From assembly GCF_000143415.4 (NCBI RefSeq), contig NW_003314280.1, positions 1,655,443 to 1,719,442 of the forward strand: a stretch of 64,000 bases of DNA, in the 5' to 3' direction. This document shows positions 24,052 through 37,218 of this stretch, one piece after another (within the stretch, counting starts at the first letter, position 1; each line of letters opens with the position of its first letter). Position numbers and translations under genes: made by a program. A model generated the notes under the pieces. It saw nothing but the letters and a program-made list of their open reading frames with translations. It searched no databases and was not told the DNA's origin. This stretch comes from Selaginella moellendorffii (taxonomy: Eukaryota; Plantae; Lycopodiophyta).

Positions 24052-25829
24052 TCACAAAATCTTGGACCTCTTAAATTCTGTGATATCCTGATTCACTTTC
24101 ACTCGCTCAATCGGTTGGAGGCTATAATATAGCTGCCCGGTTCTTCTCTCCCACTGAAATAAAAGGGAAAACAAAAGCGTTGTTTTTGATGAATACTCTG
24201 GAGAGAACTTAGGCTAGAGAACTTTAAGTACCTCTCTTATGTCTCGAGTTGAATGGAGCCTTGGTTCATACTTGGGCTTGAGAAGGAACTTGCTGTTGTG
24301 CTGAAATTATAATAGAAAAGGCTGTGAGGCGCAAGAAACTAAAAGAAGGTAAATTCTCTACCTTTGCAATTAGAGCGGCTAACTCGTCACCTGCAACTCC
24401 ATAAGCTCTTGCCTTCGCTGGTGGTCCTTTAGTGTCGGGAGATACTCTAGCCATTTTAGTGCTTTTCCTCTCGGTCGAAGCTCGCAAAGACTTTGGAGTC
24501 TGCATTGTGATCGAGCAGTTTGCAAGCTAAAAAGAGAAGGCATACCTTTAGGCGTGGAGATTTGCAGGAAAGCCTCCGCCTTTGCACCATCATTCCATCG
24601 CTGCGTCCGATGCTAAAAGTTCCATTGGAGTTCTTGCCAAACTCAAATGTTGCCAGGCTCTTCCTCACGTTCATAAGCTTCGGCTTTTTCACCTGGCCAA
24701 GTGCTGATTTTCCCCGTGTCGGTGTGCTAGAGTTCTCTTTGTTCCTGAGCGGGCTTCCAGTCGCATTCCTGCTTGGCTTGGTGCTACCTTCGTGATTGCT
24801 TGTCCCGGAAAGAGTCACACAAGCAATACTTGCTCTGACTCGCTGCGTTCGGACGTGTATATCGCAAGGAGCATCTGTGTCATCGCCTCCCTTCATTTGC
24901 TTCGAGCTCGAAAGAGAATCGTCCAGTGGGTTGCTGTCCGAAGCAGTTTGGACCTCTTCGTTGGTTCGTAGCCTGGCCATCAAAGTTGCCAGCAACTTTG
25001 CCGAGAAACTCTCGCTCGGACTAGAACCAATACTGTTCTCACTCCTTTCCTGCTTACCATCCTTGCCATCTTCTTTTCTGAAACGTAAAAACCATCACAA
25101 GAAAGCCACTACGAAGTCAGAGAGCAAACCTTATCTCGCAAGCCGGCCGCAGTTGAATTCGCTTTGGTTTGCTAGGCAATAGTCGACCATTCTCATGGTT
25201 CTTGAGCTCACTCCTTTCCTGAGAAGACTCCAGAGATAGACTTTGCTCTGAGGAGCTTGTCACCTCTTTAGACGTGAAGTTAAGCTCTTCGTTGGCCACC
25301 TCCTGCTTAAAGTCCGAGCAAGGAGCAAACACAAGTTCTTCCAGAGGTGTCTCATGATGCCTGGATGAGATGCAAAACAGCAAAGAATTTTCTCAGTGAG
25401 AAAACAAAGAAGTAAACAAACTTACGGATGATGTTGGTAAAACCATGGATCATCCCTGCAACGCTATCAAAACGTAAGCTTCCAATCACACTAGAGAACC
25501 AATCAAACTAGAGAAGAATTCTCACCCCTCCGTGCCTTCTAGCGACGCTTCCACGGACAAATCTACCCATTGCGGAGCCTCAATGTGCTCCTGCAAGCGC
25601 AATTCAGAGCATCAGTCCCATACATTCTCGTTCTGCAAGAACAAGAAGGCCATGGAAATTTCTCGCGCTTGAGGCCAATCGAGGAGAAACAGCGTACCAG
25701 ATAGTCCCAGTACTCAATCGCAAGAGGATTTTGCGCCGCAGCGATTGACAATTGGAACGCTTTCACTGCCAGTGACGAAGAGCCCGTGGAGAGCCCGCAT
25801 TCGCGCATTTGCACGCCCTTGAGCGCCAT
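24052..25829 (-). CDS. Multi-exon uncharacterised protein with a TPX2-like N-terminal motif, a basic Ser-rich middle and a conserved-looking C-terminal motif
   Basis: Splicing by eye gives YWDYL|EHIEAPQWVDL...|DDPWFYQHHP|HHE and a C-terminus PKYEPRLHSTRDIRE|WERRTGQLYYSLQPIERVKVNQDI. GT-AG sites are present. Confidence 0.7.
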
Positions 25830-26023
25830 CCCAGCTCCCAACCAAAAGCCCTAAACATCAAAGCTTTAGCCTTTAGCTAACATACTAAAATTTCTTTTAG
25901 GGCTAGGGCTAGAGTTGTTTGATAGCGATATGGCGATGGCAGGCAATCCCTAGGTCCTGGCAGTGATCTAGAATCGCGAGCATTGGAGCTGGCTTCCATC
26001 GAATCCAGCTAGGGATCGCGGAT

Positions 26024-28755
26024 ATGGGATCGATGAGGCCTTCGATTCGATCCAAGTCGTCGGGACCGGTCGGGCAGCACTTGGCAAATGGAGGTAATGC
26101 GCGAGAGGAGCTCTCAGTGTTTGAATCCGAGTCTTTCGACGCGGATTCTTACGTCCAAGGCAAGTGCCAGTCCATGAGCGAGAAGGTAAGAGGAGAAAAC
26201 TAGAGAATGAGCTTCCCATGTCCTTACACAAGTGATTTGGCAATTCTCCAGGGAATCCGGAAGCTATGCTCAGAGCTTACCGAGCTGAAAAGGGACTCGG
26301 CAGAGGAGATGAGGAAGAGCGTCTACGCAAACTACTCGGCATTCATCCAGTAAGTTCTAGTTCTAGTCCGGGGATCGAGAGGAAAGAAGAAAGAGTGAAG
26401 AACAGGAAACCAGGAATTAAAAACTAAATTTTGCACTGGCAGGACGTCACGAGAGATCTCAGATCTGGAGTGTGAGTTAGTCTCGATGCGGAATCTCCTC
26501 ACCACTCAAGCAGCGCTCGTCCACAAGCTCGCAGAGGTACAATTACCTCCGATGATAAGTGAGAATGGTGGATCCTTACCTCATGAAAACGGGCATGTAG
26601 ATGACGACTCAACCTCGGCGTCGGAAACCGAGGCCAGGGCTCTGCTCGACGTTACTGACATCTACATTGCCGAGAGGAAGATAGAAAAGGCCATGGACGC
26701 CTTGCAACGTTGTGAAGCGCTGCTCCGGCCGCTCAAGAGCAGCACCAGCCTGGAGCAGCTTTTTATGGAACAGCGGCTCCGGCTTACAGAACTTTTGACG
26801 CAGTTCGCAAAGCAGCCTTCGATCCGGAGCGCAGAGCTCCGCTCGGTTATCTCCGCTCTAGACAGACTCGGGGATGGCCCGCATGCACACACTCTTCTGC
26901 TATATTCCCACCACGATCGACTGCAGCGAGCTATCGCCAACCTCCGCCCCAGTGGCACGTCTTACGGTGGTGCCTACACAGCGGGGCTTTGTCAGCTCGT
27001 CTTCTCACACATCGCCCAGGCCGCAAGGAGTTCTACCGCGGTTTTTGGAGAGCAGCCATCGTATGCATCCGAGCTGGTTCTCTGGGCACGCGGCGAGACT
27101 GAAAACTTCGTGGCGCTGATAAAGAAGCACGTACTTTCGGCCTCGGCAGCATCAGGTGGCCTGCGAGCTGCGGCGGAGTGCGTACAGATTGCTCTTGGCC
27201 ACTGCACGCTCCTGGAAGGTTACGGCCTTGCGCTGAGTCCCGTGCTTACAATGATGGTGAAGCCGAGTGTGGAGCAGGCGCTGGACGCCAACTTGCGAAG
27301 AATAGAGGACAGCGTCAGTGTTTTAGCTGCCGCGGACGACTGGACTTTGGTGCAGCCGCCACCCCGTACTGGCTTGCGTGCGGCCTCGTCGATCCTGTTT
27401 CCTCCTCATTTGAAGCTGTCTACGAGTGCTTATCGTTTCATTTCTATGGTCCAGGTATGTGAAGCGATTGATGCCTCAGTTCTTATCCTTGTTTTCGTAC
27501 TTATCCTTGTTTTCATGCTTGCGCTGGCAGGACTTTGTGGACGACGTTACGCCTTTGACGAGCATGCATCTCACGAGCACGACACTTGATGGTGTGGCTC
27601 GCCTCTTCGACTCGTTTGTTCATCTCCTCATGAGGGCGATGCCAGCTGCCATCGACGATGAGGACGTTCCCGAGATCACAGACAACCTCAGCATCAAGGT
27701 GGCCGACACCGACGCTGAGAAGCTTTCCCTGTTGGCCAACGCGGCAGCTATGGCCGACGAGCTGCTACCCCGGACGATCGTAAAGATCCTGCCTTTGAAA
27801 GACAGAGAAGAGAGCCGCATGAGGCGGTCGCTGGACAAGCCAGCGACGGGTGTGCGGTCCGAGCACAGGGAGTTCCGGCGGAGAACGCAGCGTGCCGTGG
27901 ACAAGCTGCGCGATCGCTTCTGCCAGAAGTACGCGCTGGAGCTCATCTACACCGACGAGGGGGAGTCCCTGCTAAGTGCCGACCTCTATCTCGGACTGGA
28001 CAACGACGGTGACACTGCCAACTCCGCCTGGCTTGACGATCCAATGCCTTCTCCGGTCTTCCAGGTACTGTTTGTTTCCATCTTCACTTATTGCGAAGCT
28101 TCTAACTTATTCCGAACTTTCGCAGACACTATTCGAGAGGATCAAGACAATAGCAGCCGCCGGTGGCGACGTGATGTCTGGGAGGGAAAGATTCGTGACA
28201 GTTCTCTTGATACGGCTCGTTGAAACCGTGGTGCTCTATCTTTCCTCTGATCAAGACTTTTGGGAGGACATCGAAGATGGTCCCAGACCGCTGGGGCCAG
28301 TAGGCCTTCAACAGGTTCGTTCTCTTCTTCTTTTCTTCTTTTCTCTCTTATCTTCCGTGTCTCATTCTTGTTTGTTGCGTTGCGTAAAAGCAGATGGTGC
28401 TGGACATGAAGTTTGCGGTTCAAATGGCTGGCCAAGTGAATCACTCCTCTTTGAGACATCTAAGGCAGCTCGTGGAAGACTTGATCGCACGAGCTATTGA
28501 CGCTTACGCTGCGACCGGGATGGATCCTTACAGGTTCTTCGCGATTTCCTTTCGCCTTTACAGACATGTTTGTCTCACTTTTCTTTTTCCTTTTCTCTTC
28601 TTTTCAGTGTACTGCCTGAAGAGACTTGGTTTATGGGAATGGCTCAGGAGGCGATTGACAGATTGTCTGGTGGCTGGTCGAAAGACTCAGCCAGCCCAAC
28701 CGCATCGGTGTCTGCGAATTCCATCTCTTCATTGAAATCTCATGGAAGTCCTTGA
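26024..28755 (+). CDS. EXO84: Exocyst complex component EXO84 (EXO84B-like), multi-exon
   Basis: FDADSYVQ, LKRDSAEEMRKSVYANYSAFI, LRPSGTSYGGAYTA, GGLRAAAECVQIALGHC, GPRPLGPVGLQQ. Confidence 0.93.
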
Positions 28756-28933
28756 GGAAACAGGTATTCGACATTTTATCTGAAGATGGTATCACATTTC
28801 TTGTGGCATATGTATTATATCAGATTTCAAGTCTAATAAATTATGTATGGTTACTCAATCTTGGGGAGAAATCTACTCTGTTTCATTTTGCCTATTACAC
28901 ATACTACTATACTTTGCATGCTATCTTCCACGT

Positions 28934-30749
28934 TTAAACCTCTCTGAGCTCTTGGCCGCCACCTCCCTCGTCCGGCTGCCACCCGAAATACTTACAAACC
29001 TCCTCCAGCGACTTGCCTTTGGTCTCGGGCACCACGAAGAATATAAACACGATGGACGCGAACGCGATGGAGGCGTAGACGAAGAAGGCCCCGGACGTGG
29101 TGAGCGCTTCGGCCAGGCTCAAGTAAGTGAGCGCCACGGTCCCGCTGATCCCCCTGTTCATCCCGATGGACAGGCTCATCGCCCGGGCCCTGAGAGTGAG
29201 CGGGAAGATCTCCGACGTGAGCACGTACACCGTCGGCCCGAATCCAATGGAGAAGCTCGCCATGAAGCCGCAGATGGCGAGCATGGCGATGACCACCAAC
29301 GCCACTGACGCGTGCTGTGTGCCGCTCATGTTCACCTTGGCACCGACGTGAAGGAAGCGGAACGTCACCGCTACCGTGGTGAGCGATATGGTCATCCCGG
29401 TGGCACTGGCCAGGAGCAGCGGCCTGCGTCCCACGGTGTCGAGATAGATGGTGGCCACCAGGATGAAGAGAGTTTTCGTCAGGCCGACGGCGATGGTCAT
29501 GCCCAGCACGCTCGTCCTGCTCTTCATCCCCGCCTGTGCGAACACTGTGGGGCTGTAGTACACGAGAGCGTCCACGCCGGATGCCTGCTGGAAGAAGTGA
29601 ATTCCCAGTGACACCAGTAGCATCCTGCGCACTGGCGCCGATGGTAGCAGTAGCTGCTTCCAGACGTTGCTACCTCTTTTTCTTTTTGGCTTAAGCATCG
29701 GCTTCCTCTGCTCGGTGGTCGACGAAGCCACCGACGGGAGCTTGCGCAGCTCCGCCTGCTGATCGGCTTCAGGGTCCATCTTTGAGGTGTGCTCGTCCCG
29801 GACCTCTTGTTTCTCTGCCTCGTACTCGTCCCCCAGTGATTCTACTATCGCCGTGAGCCTCGACTCCGCCTCGCCCTTGTTCCCGCCGCAAGTTCTGATG
29901 AGAACGGTCTTGGCTTGAGAGACTCTGCCTTGCATCACCAGCCAGCGAGGAGACTCGGGCATCACCAGCACGGCGCAAGCCAGGAACACCGCAGGGACGG
30001 CGCCGAGTCCCAGCATCAGCCTCCATCCCAGCCACTGGGGAAGCGGAGAGAGTGCAAAGTTCGCTACGTAGCCAACCAGGATCCCAGTGTTGATAAAAAC
30101 TTCGGCAAACGACACCAAGGATCCCCTGCTTCCAGGAGGAGAGAGTTCTGCCGTGTACACTGGAGCGATGATCATAGCAAAGCCGACCCCAATTCCCGAT
30201 AGAACTCGTCCCCCCATGAGCACTGGGTACGATGGAGATAATGCCATGAGCAAGGCACCGACGAAGAAGATCACAGAGGCTGTAGCCATTGTCTTCCTTC
30301 TTCCAACCGCATCGGCCAGCTTCCCAGCCATGAGCCCACCCACGAGAGACACCAGGTTGAGAATACCAACCAGTATTTCCTGCTGTACGCTGTTGAGCTT
30401 GAAGTCATCTTTAATGTACAGCAAGGCACCACTCATAACACCAATATCTGCACAGAAAGTAATGAGATCCAACATATATCCAAAGGAAGAAGAAGAACGT
30501 ACCATATCCAAGCAGTATAGAGTTGAGAGAAGCCAGCAATGTGCAAAACACAACATACTTGTTGTAGTTCTTCTTTCTTCCGCCAGGAACTGTCTCGGCT
30601 TCTGCTGCTGGTGCTGCTGGTGCTCCTGGTGCTGAAGAATTACCTCCTGAAAGTCTTCCTTCCAGATTTCTAGCTGAATCGAACAGACCCTTCCTTCCAT
30701 GTTCTGAGGACTCGGATGGCTCACGAGCAAGACGGGAGCGCTCTTCCAT
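28934..30749 (-). CDS. Polyol/monosaccharide transporter (PMT/PLT, sugar porter MFS), 2 exons, intron 30448-30502
   Basis: LASLNSILLGY|DIGVMSGA, APVYTAELSP, MPESPRWL, HFFQQASGVDA, VPETKGKSLEE. Confidence 0.93.
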
Positions 30750-31453
30750 CCTTCCCCTTCCTCCGCAGCAACTGGCGCCGTTTAAATTGGAGTTGGGTGA
30801 GACCACAGAGCCTACTGAGTCCACCGTCCAGACATCACTGTCAGGCTCTTGTTTTTCTAAGCAGATCCTTTTGAGCCGTGCCACGCATCAATAAACGAGC
30901 AAAGACTCGTATAGTTGAACAAAGATATCCTGCATTCAAGACACAGCCATTAGCCCCGGTTCCGACGCTACAATCAAACAGAAGTCTTTTAATTTTTTTC
31001 ATCCTTTCTTTTTCCTGCCTTTTCTCACACAAACGCTTGACCCGGAAGTCCTCGACACTCAACGGAAGACTGTCAGCTACAAAGTCAAGACTAGCGCACT
31101 ATCATGGATGCCACACGTCACAGGAAACAAGATTTCAAAGAAACTAAAGAAAAATGACAACCAAGAAAACATTCGGAAATCGCAGACCGCAGAAACGACG
31201 TACTAAGCTCCGTCGCTAAAAGACGTACGTTTCTTTAAGGTAACTCTCAGCCATACCATGCCATGTGTTCGTTGGACAAATTCGTCACAAATCAGATCGC
31301 GCCGAGTTCTGACAAGTAGACCCCGCTAACTTCAGATGTTGACTCCGCCCAGCCTTTCTTGTATGTATTATATTCCTACAAGCCCGTGATTCCACCTACA
31401 AAAAAGAAACAGTAAATTATACAGCCAACGTCAGAACAGCGCCAACGTACCGC

Positions 31454-34224
31454 TCACAAAATGACGCATCTTTGGCCTCTCCATAAACTCCTCCCAGCGT
31501 TCCAAATAGTTTTCATTCGTTGCCTCAAAGAGGAAGGTGGATTAACAATTTCCTCAGGCTGCTGCTCTTCGGATCGCGCACTGTTCTCGGCTACCTCTCT
31601 TGGCTCGAGCGTCTCTTTAGATAGTTCACCTGGCTTCTTGTCAAAGAGCCCTTGAAACTGCTTCCGAACTCTAGCATTTGCTTCCTGTGCCACAGAAATA
31701 TTATGAGCAGAATTACGAAGGTCCATTGCTAATTACCAACCTGCTCTTTCCTTTTCAGTGTAGATAGAGCAGCTTTTGCGTCCGCTTCCGACGACTTGTC
31801 TGTACTGGCCATCTGCAAAATATTTGTAAGAACACATGCCTCTAACTATTAAATACTTTTGCCTTTTCGAAATCCTTCCGAGCGTCGTCAAAATCCCCCA
31901 TTCCCATAAAAGCATTCCCTCGGCGGTACAGTGCTTTCGAGTGACAAGGATTTACTTCTAGAACCTGCATATTCATATCCAAAGTTAGAGAAAGAATAAA
32001 ATTAATTGTGCATACCTGGTTGCATAATTCAATACACTTCCTGAAGTTTCCTTGTTTCTGTTCACAAGCTGCGACGTTCAGTTGTATTAGAGTCTGTAAA
32101 CAAAATGCGCAAGTTAATCGCAGAGCGAACTTTTAAAAGTGAGAAAAGCTTACACGAGCTTGTGCAAACTCTACACCCTCATTGTCATCTTGAGGATTCA
32201 CGTGTTTAAACTCTCGTAAGATCTGTGTAAGATAATCAGAACAGCTTTGGGATATTCAGAATAAAAGATAAGAAGATTACCTTTTCGTATTTAGCTTTCG
32301 CCAATTCAAACTTCCCTTCTTTGAATAACCGATTGCCCTGCAAACTGAAAATTAGATGATAAAATACTACTCTAATTATACAATACGGTGGTTCTCATTT
32401 TAGTGGCATCATCCATTATCTCCTTGAAATTGTACCCAGTCCAATCCTGCCGGTCCAAAATCATACCGAGAACAAAAGCACATAGAATAAAAGTTTACCT
32501 TCACAGTGTCAAAGCTTAAAAGCTCCACCTCCCATTGTACTTGGGCATTCTCTGGAACAAGTTTTGGCCTGCCAAAAGATGGTGAAATACCATAGCAAAC
32601 GGGTTTTCTCACCTTGGAAACTTGTCATAAGCGTATTCAGGAGAACAAGTTATAAGAGCAAGCTCGTCGGGTAGCATAAGTTTAATGCAAATTTCCAAAC
32701 CTTCAGGAACCTGTCATAAACAACATTTTCAATTCCAATGCGCGATAAATCGAAGCATACCAGTCCTTCTCCTGTAGCAAAAACCAATGGCTCTCCGCCT
32801 TCGTTGTCATTTCGGGTATCAACAAACACCTTGCCACCTTCGTTTGGTAGCATTCCCTTGTAATGTATGCGCAATGTACTGTCTTGAAGTGGGCAGTCCA
32901 TGGGAAATTCCCCTACTCCATCACGGATGCGCCGCTTCACTACGCGGCCATCGCCAAACATGTCTCGCACCTTACAAAAACGCGATATAACCATCAGGAA
33001 ATAGAAAACAGCATCATACCTGTATTATTTGAACTACTTCTACTTCAAATGCCACTTCACCGGAAGTAACAGGTAGATCAGGAATAGCGGACGATGGAGT
33101 AAGATACTGTGTGGTAACGTATACAATAGCCTTCTCCCCTTTTGTCATTGTTCCTATGCCTTTCTCAAGACCAACTGGAACCTGGCAAACATTGTACTCG
33201 AGTATGACACGCAAAGATAGAGATATTATACCTCCTTTTTGCCAAAGCAAAATTCGAATGGATTGCCCTTGGTGTGAGAGAAGAACACTTCTCCATTTAC
33301 ACTTCCGGTTATCCTATAGTAAGGCGTTTTTGTTAGCACACCAAAAGATGAAGGGACAGTACACACCAAATTTTTATCTCGTATGGCTCCCGTGCAGTCT
33401 CGAATCCCTCGCCCTCACGGAGAACCTAAAGGTTGAGTTAACTTCGGATCTTGCAAATCGAGTATATACGAACCTGCTTGAGTACCCCAAACTCATCTGT
33501 GATCACCTGACAACAACGACCAAAAGCTCGAGTCAAGAAAGAAAAGAGCAAAGCCTTTTAGGACTGACCTTCACAGGTCGGATCTCAAGCATTTCGATCT
33601 CAAAAATTAGAATCTCGTGTTTCGGAAAGTCTTCTCCCACACTAACCGGACAGTCGGGATCTCCATAGTGAAACTCAGGTAAGATTTTAAGCTGGGAAAC
33701 CATCATCGAGTATGAATGAGAAACAAAGAGATGCTATTGAATTTCCCCACCATCGCAATTTCACCTTTGGGGACAGTTAGTAGTCCTTCTTCCCAGCCTC
33801 GAATCATCTTGCTCTTTCCAAGCACCAGCTTAATTGGCTCACCGCTTCCTAAAACACGATAGAAATAAAGTAAAAAATCTGGCAAGTGAATGAAACGAAC
33901 CGCCAAGCTCTGGCCGAGTGGATTCCACAATCACGCCCTCGCTCGTCCGAGTAGTGCAGTGAAAGATCACCTGCATTCTCCGTCACGCCTCCACATGCAG
34001 AAAAAATACGAAATCCACACCTGGTTTCCTGATTGCGGATTATCTCCCGCTCCAGGCCTCACGACAGCTTTCATGAGACCCCCGGGCGGAATCGGAGTGG
34101 ATTTCCTGGCAGAAACACATCAAATTCTCAGCCATCCCAAGCGCCGCAATACTCACTTGGAATCCTTGGAATCGCGATCGACAGGAGCATGCTTGGCGGG
34201 GCCGGGGACAGCATCGTCTTCCAT
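31454..34224 (-). CDS. PAS1: Peptidyl-prolyl isomerase PASTICCINO1/FKBP72 (3 FKBP domains + TPR), many short introns, C-terminal CVIL
   Basis: [64 protein letters not shown], ends RCVIL*. Confidence 0.88.
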
Positions 34225-34288
34225 CTCGCCACATAAACCCTAATGCCAAACCCTCTATAAATAAAAAAAGCCAAAAATAATCTAGAAA

Positions 34289-34338
34289 AAAATTTGGACC
34301 ATTTCTCGATTTGTGCGTGTCATCCTTGCGCAGGGGCC

Positions 34339-34370
<32 letters not shown>

Positions 34371-34390
34371 TCTGGTGTCTCCGAAGAGAC
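34289..34390 (-). ncRNA. U6: U6 spliceosomal snRNA
   Basis: GTCTCTTCGGAGAC 5' hairpin, ACAGAGA box, ISL ATGGCCCCTGCGCAAGGATGAC, T7 terminator. Confidence 0.97.
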
Positions 34391-34413
34391 ATTATCTACT
34401 CCTAGGCGAGGTC

Positions 34414-34455
34414 TTTTATAGTAAAAGTTTTCCATCGGCCTTGGGCATGTGGGAT
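34414..34455 (-). promoter_or_regulatory. U6 Pol III promoter: USE (ATCCCACATGC, 34455-34445) and TATA (34420-34414)
   Basis: Matches the plant USE consensus RTCCCACATCG. The ~24-bp USE-TATA spacing is the Pol III type. Confidence 0.85.
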
Positions 34456-34593
34456 AGGGCTCCCCTAAAGCCCTAGCCCTAGCCTCTACTGTTAAGCGAT
34501 TTAAACGTGGATTTCTAGTTCGATTCCCACTATCAACAATACCATTCCATTAAACTCTCTAATGCCCTATTTCGTTCCTCGTGAGCTCTTCCC

Positions 34594-37049
34594 ATGGCGG
34601 CGGTCCCGTTCCCGGCTGGATCGGCGGTGAATCTCGCCCCTGAGGCGTCTCCAGCGGCGTCGATCTCACTCGTGGTGCCGTCATGCAGCAGGAATCTTCG
34701 ATCGCCTCGGCATTTTCTTGGCAGGGGATCGCTGCTCCACAGCTACCGCGAGCGCCGCCCAGCGGCATTCCGATCCAACGCCGCCAGGGCCGAGGTCTCT
34801 GTGCGATCGCAGCAGCCGCTGGATGTGACGCCCAGGCCGACCGTGCTCGTCGCTGAGAAGCTGGGAGAGGCCGGCCTGGATCTCCTCCGCAAGGTAGCCA
34901 ACGTCGACTGCTCCTACAACCTCTCCCCCGAGGAGCTCCTGGCCAAGATTTCCCTGTGTGACGCAGTGATCGTGAGGAGCGCTACCAAGGTCACAAAGGA
35001 GGTGTTTGAGGCGGCCAATGGAAGACTAAAGGTCGTGGGGAGGGCTGGCGTTGGGATCGACAACGTCAACTTGCAAGCCGCCACCGAGAAGGGCTGCCTG
35101 GTAGTGAATGCTCCCACGGCAAACACTGTGGCAGCGGCAGAGCACGCCATTGCTCTCCTTGCTGCATTGGCCAGGAACGTCGCGCAAGCAAACGCCTCTG
35201 TCAAATCAGGTAAGATCTTTGTGTAGCATTTCTTTTCTTTTCTTTGCGTTTTTTGATTGTGTTTGTGTTTTGCTGGATGCTCCATCAACCTTGTTCTTGC
35301 GCACGAGTGCTTTTAAAATCGTTGCTTTGTTTGATAATGTCTTGCTGACTTTGTTCCATTGTTGGGAATCATTAGCTTTGTTTGATCTTGTCTTGCTGAC
35401 TTTGCTCCATGGTTTAAAATCACTAACTTTGCTTGATCTTGTTTTGGTGACTTTGCTCCATTGTTTGAAATCATTAGCTTTGTTTGGTCTTGTCTTGCTG
35501 ACCTTGCTCCATTGTTTACTAAGTTCTACTCTCTTGGTCTAAGCTTTGTTCTGCATAGAACTAACACGAGAGTCGTTTCTTTATTTTTTCTGCTTCTCCA
35601 GGGAAGTGGCAGAGAAGCAAGTACACGGGCGTTTCTCTAGTAGACAAAACCATCGCCGTCATGGGCTTTGGGAAAGTGGGATCGGAAGTTGCTCGAAGAG
35701 CCAAAGGCCTGGGCATGCACGTAATTGCGCACGATCCGTATGCTCCCGCCGACAGGGCCCGCGCGATTGGAGTGGAGCTCGTTGGCTTCGACGAGGCACT
35801 GGCTCGAGCCGACTATATCTCGCTCCACATGCCGCTCACGGATGATACCCGGGGCATTTTCAACGACGAAACTTTTGCGAAGGTGAAGAAGGGAGTTCGT
35901 ATCATCAACGTCGCGAGGGGCGGTGTCATTGACGATGCTGCGTTGATCAAGGCACTTGACAATGGCACTGTGGCTCAGGTAGATTTTACTTATTTGTTCA
36001 AGAGAGAGAGAGATTTGACAATCGTTGGTGTGTTTTTTGTTAGGCTGCTCTCGATGTGTTCGAGCAAGAACCGCCTGCAAAGGACAACAAGGTGGTCCAG
36101 CACGAGAATGTGATAGTTACTCCGCATCTAGGTGCGAGCACGGTAGAAGCGCAGGTTAGCAGCATCCCAACTTCCATGGCTCACCTTATCATCAACTAAT
36201 CAAAATGGAGTTTGTAGGAAGGCGTGGCCGTAGAGATTGCTGAGGCTGTCGTTGGCGCGTTGCGTGGAGAGCTTTCCGCTACTGCGGTGAACGCTCCAAT
36301 GGTTTCCTCCAAGGTATGCTAATCTCTTTACTGCTTTGCTCGACACTCAATGCTCGCAACTCCAGGTTTTAACCGAGCTTGCGCCGTATGTCTCACTGGC
36401 CGAGAAGCTGGGAAAGCTAGCCGTGCAGCTGGTAGCCGGCGGGGGCGGAGTCAAGGACGTAACCATCAGCTACACGTCCGCCCGGTCCCCGGACGATCTA
36501 GACACCCGGCTCCTCCGCGCGATGATCGTCAAGGGCCTGGTGGAGCCAGTGTCGAACGCCTTCATCAACCTCGTGAACGCGGACTACGTCGCAAAGCACC
36601 GTGGCATCCGGATCAGCGAGGAGAGGCACCCGGCCGAGGGGGGCAGCACGCAGGCCCAGCCGCTGGAGAGCATCGCGGTGAAGATCTCCAACGTGGAGTC
36701 CAAGTTCTCGAGTGCAGTCTCCGACGGTGGAAGGGTGGCGGTGGCGGTGGCGGGCAGGATCAAGGACGGGCTTCCACACCTCTCGCAGGTGGGGCAGTTT
36801 AGCATGGACGTGAGCCTGGAGGGATCGGTCATCCTGTGCAAACAGGTGGATCAGCCGGGGATCATCGGGAAAGTTGGCGGGCTGCTGGGCGACGGGAACG
36901 TGAACGTGAGCTTCATGAGCGTGGGGAGGACTTCACCCAGGAAGCAGGCGGTGATGGCGATTGGCGTGGATGAGGAGCCGAGCAAGGAAGTGCTGCACAG
37001 GATCGGGGCCATCCCGGCGGTGGAGGAGTTCGTGTTTCTCAAGCTCTAG
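34594..37049 (+). CDS. PGDH: Plastid D-3-phosphoglycerate dehydrogenase, 5 exons
   Basis: Transit peptide, [33 protein letters not shown]-terminal ACT domain ([10 protein letters not shown]). Confidence 0.95.
35318..35522 (+). repeat. ~51-bp tandem repeat (4 copies) in PGDH intron 1
   Basis: Unit ATCATTAGCTTTGTTTGATCTTGTCTTGCTGACTTTGCTCCATTGTTTGAA. Confidence 0.85.
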
Positions 37050-37218
37050 GAAGCTTTTTCTGCCACAGGAACCTCTGGAAGATCATCGCTCAAGCGAAGG
37101 GAATGAAAGTTCTATTCATTGTCCAGCATTGACAAGGTTTGAAAGTACTAAATTCCTGGTTACTGATCATTCTTGTGTGAGTGAGAGCCAAGGTCCACTT
37201 TAGGGTCATTCCGTGGCG

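Noticed and set aside
35108-35542. Leu-rich repetitive ORF
   Set aside because: Translation of the 51-bp intronic tandem repeat.
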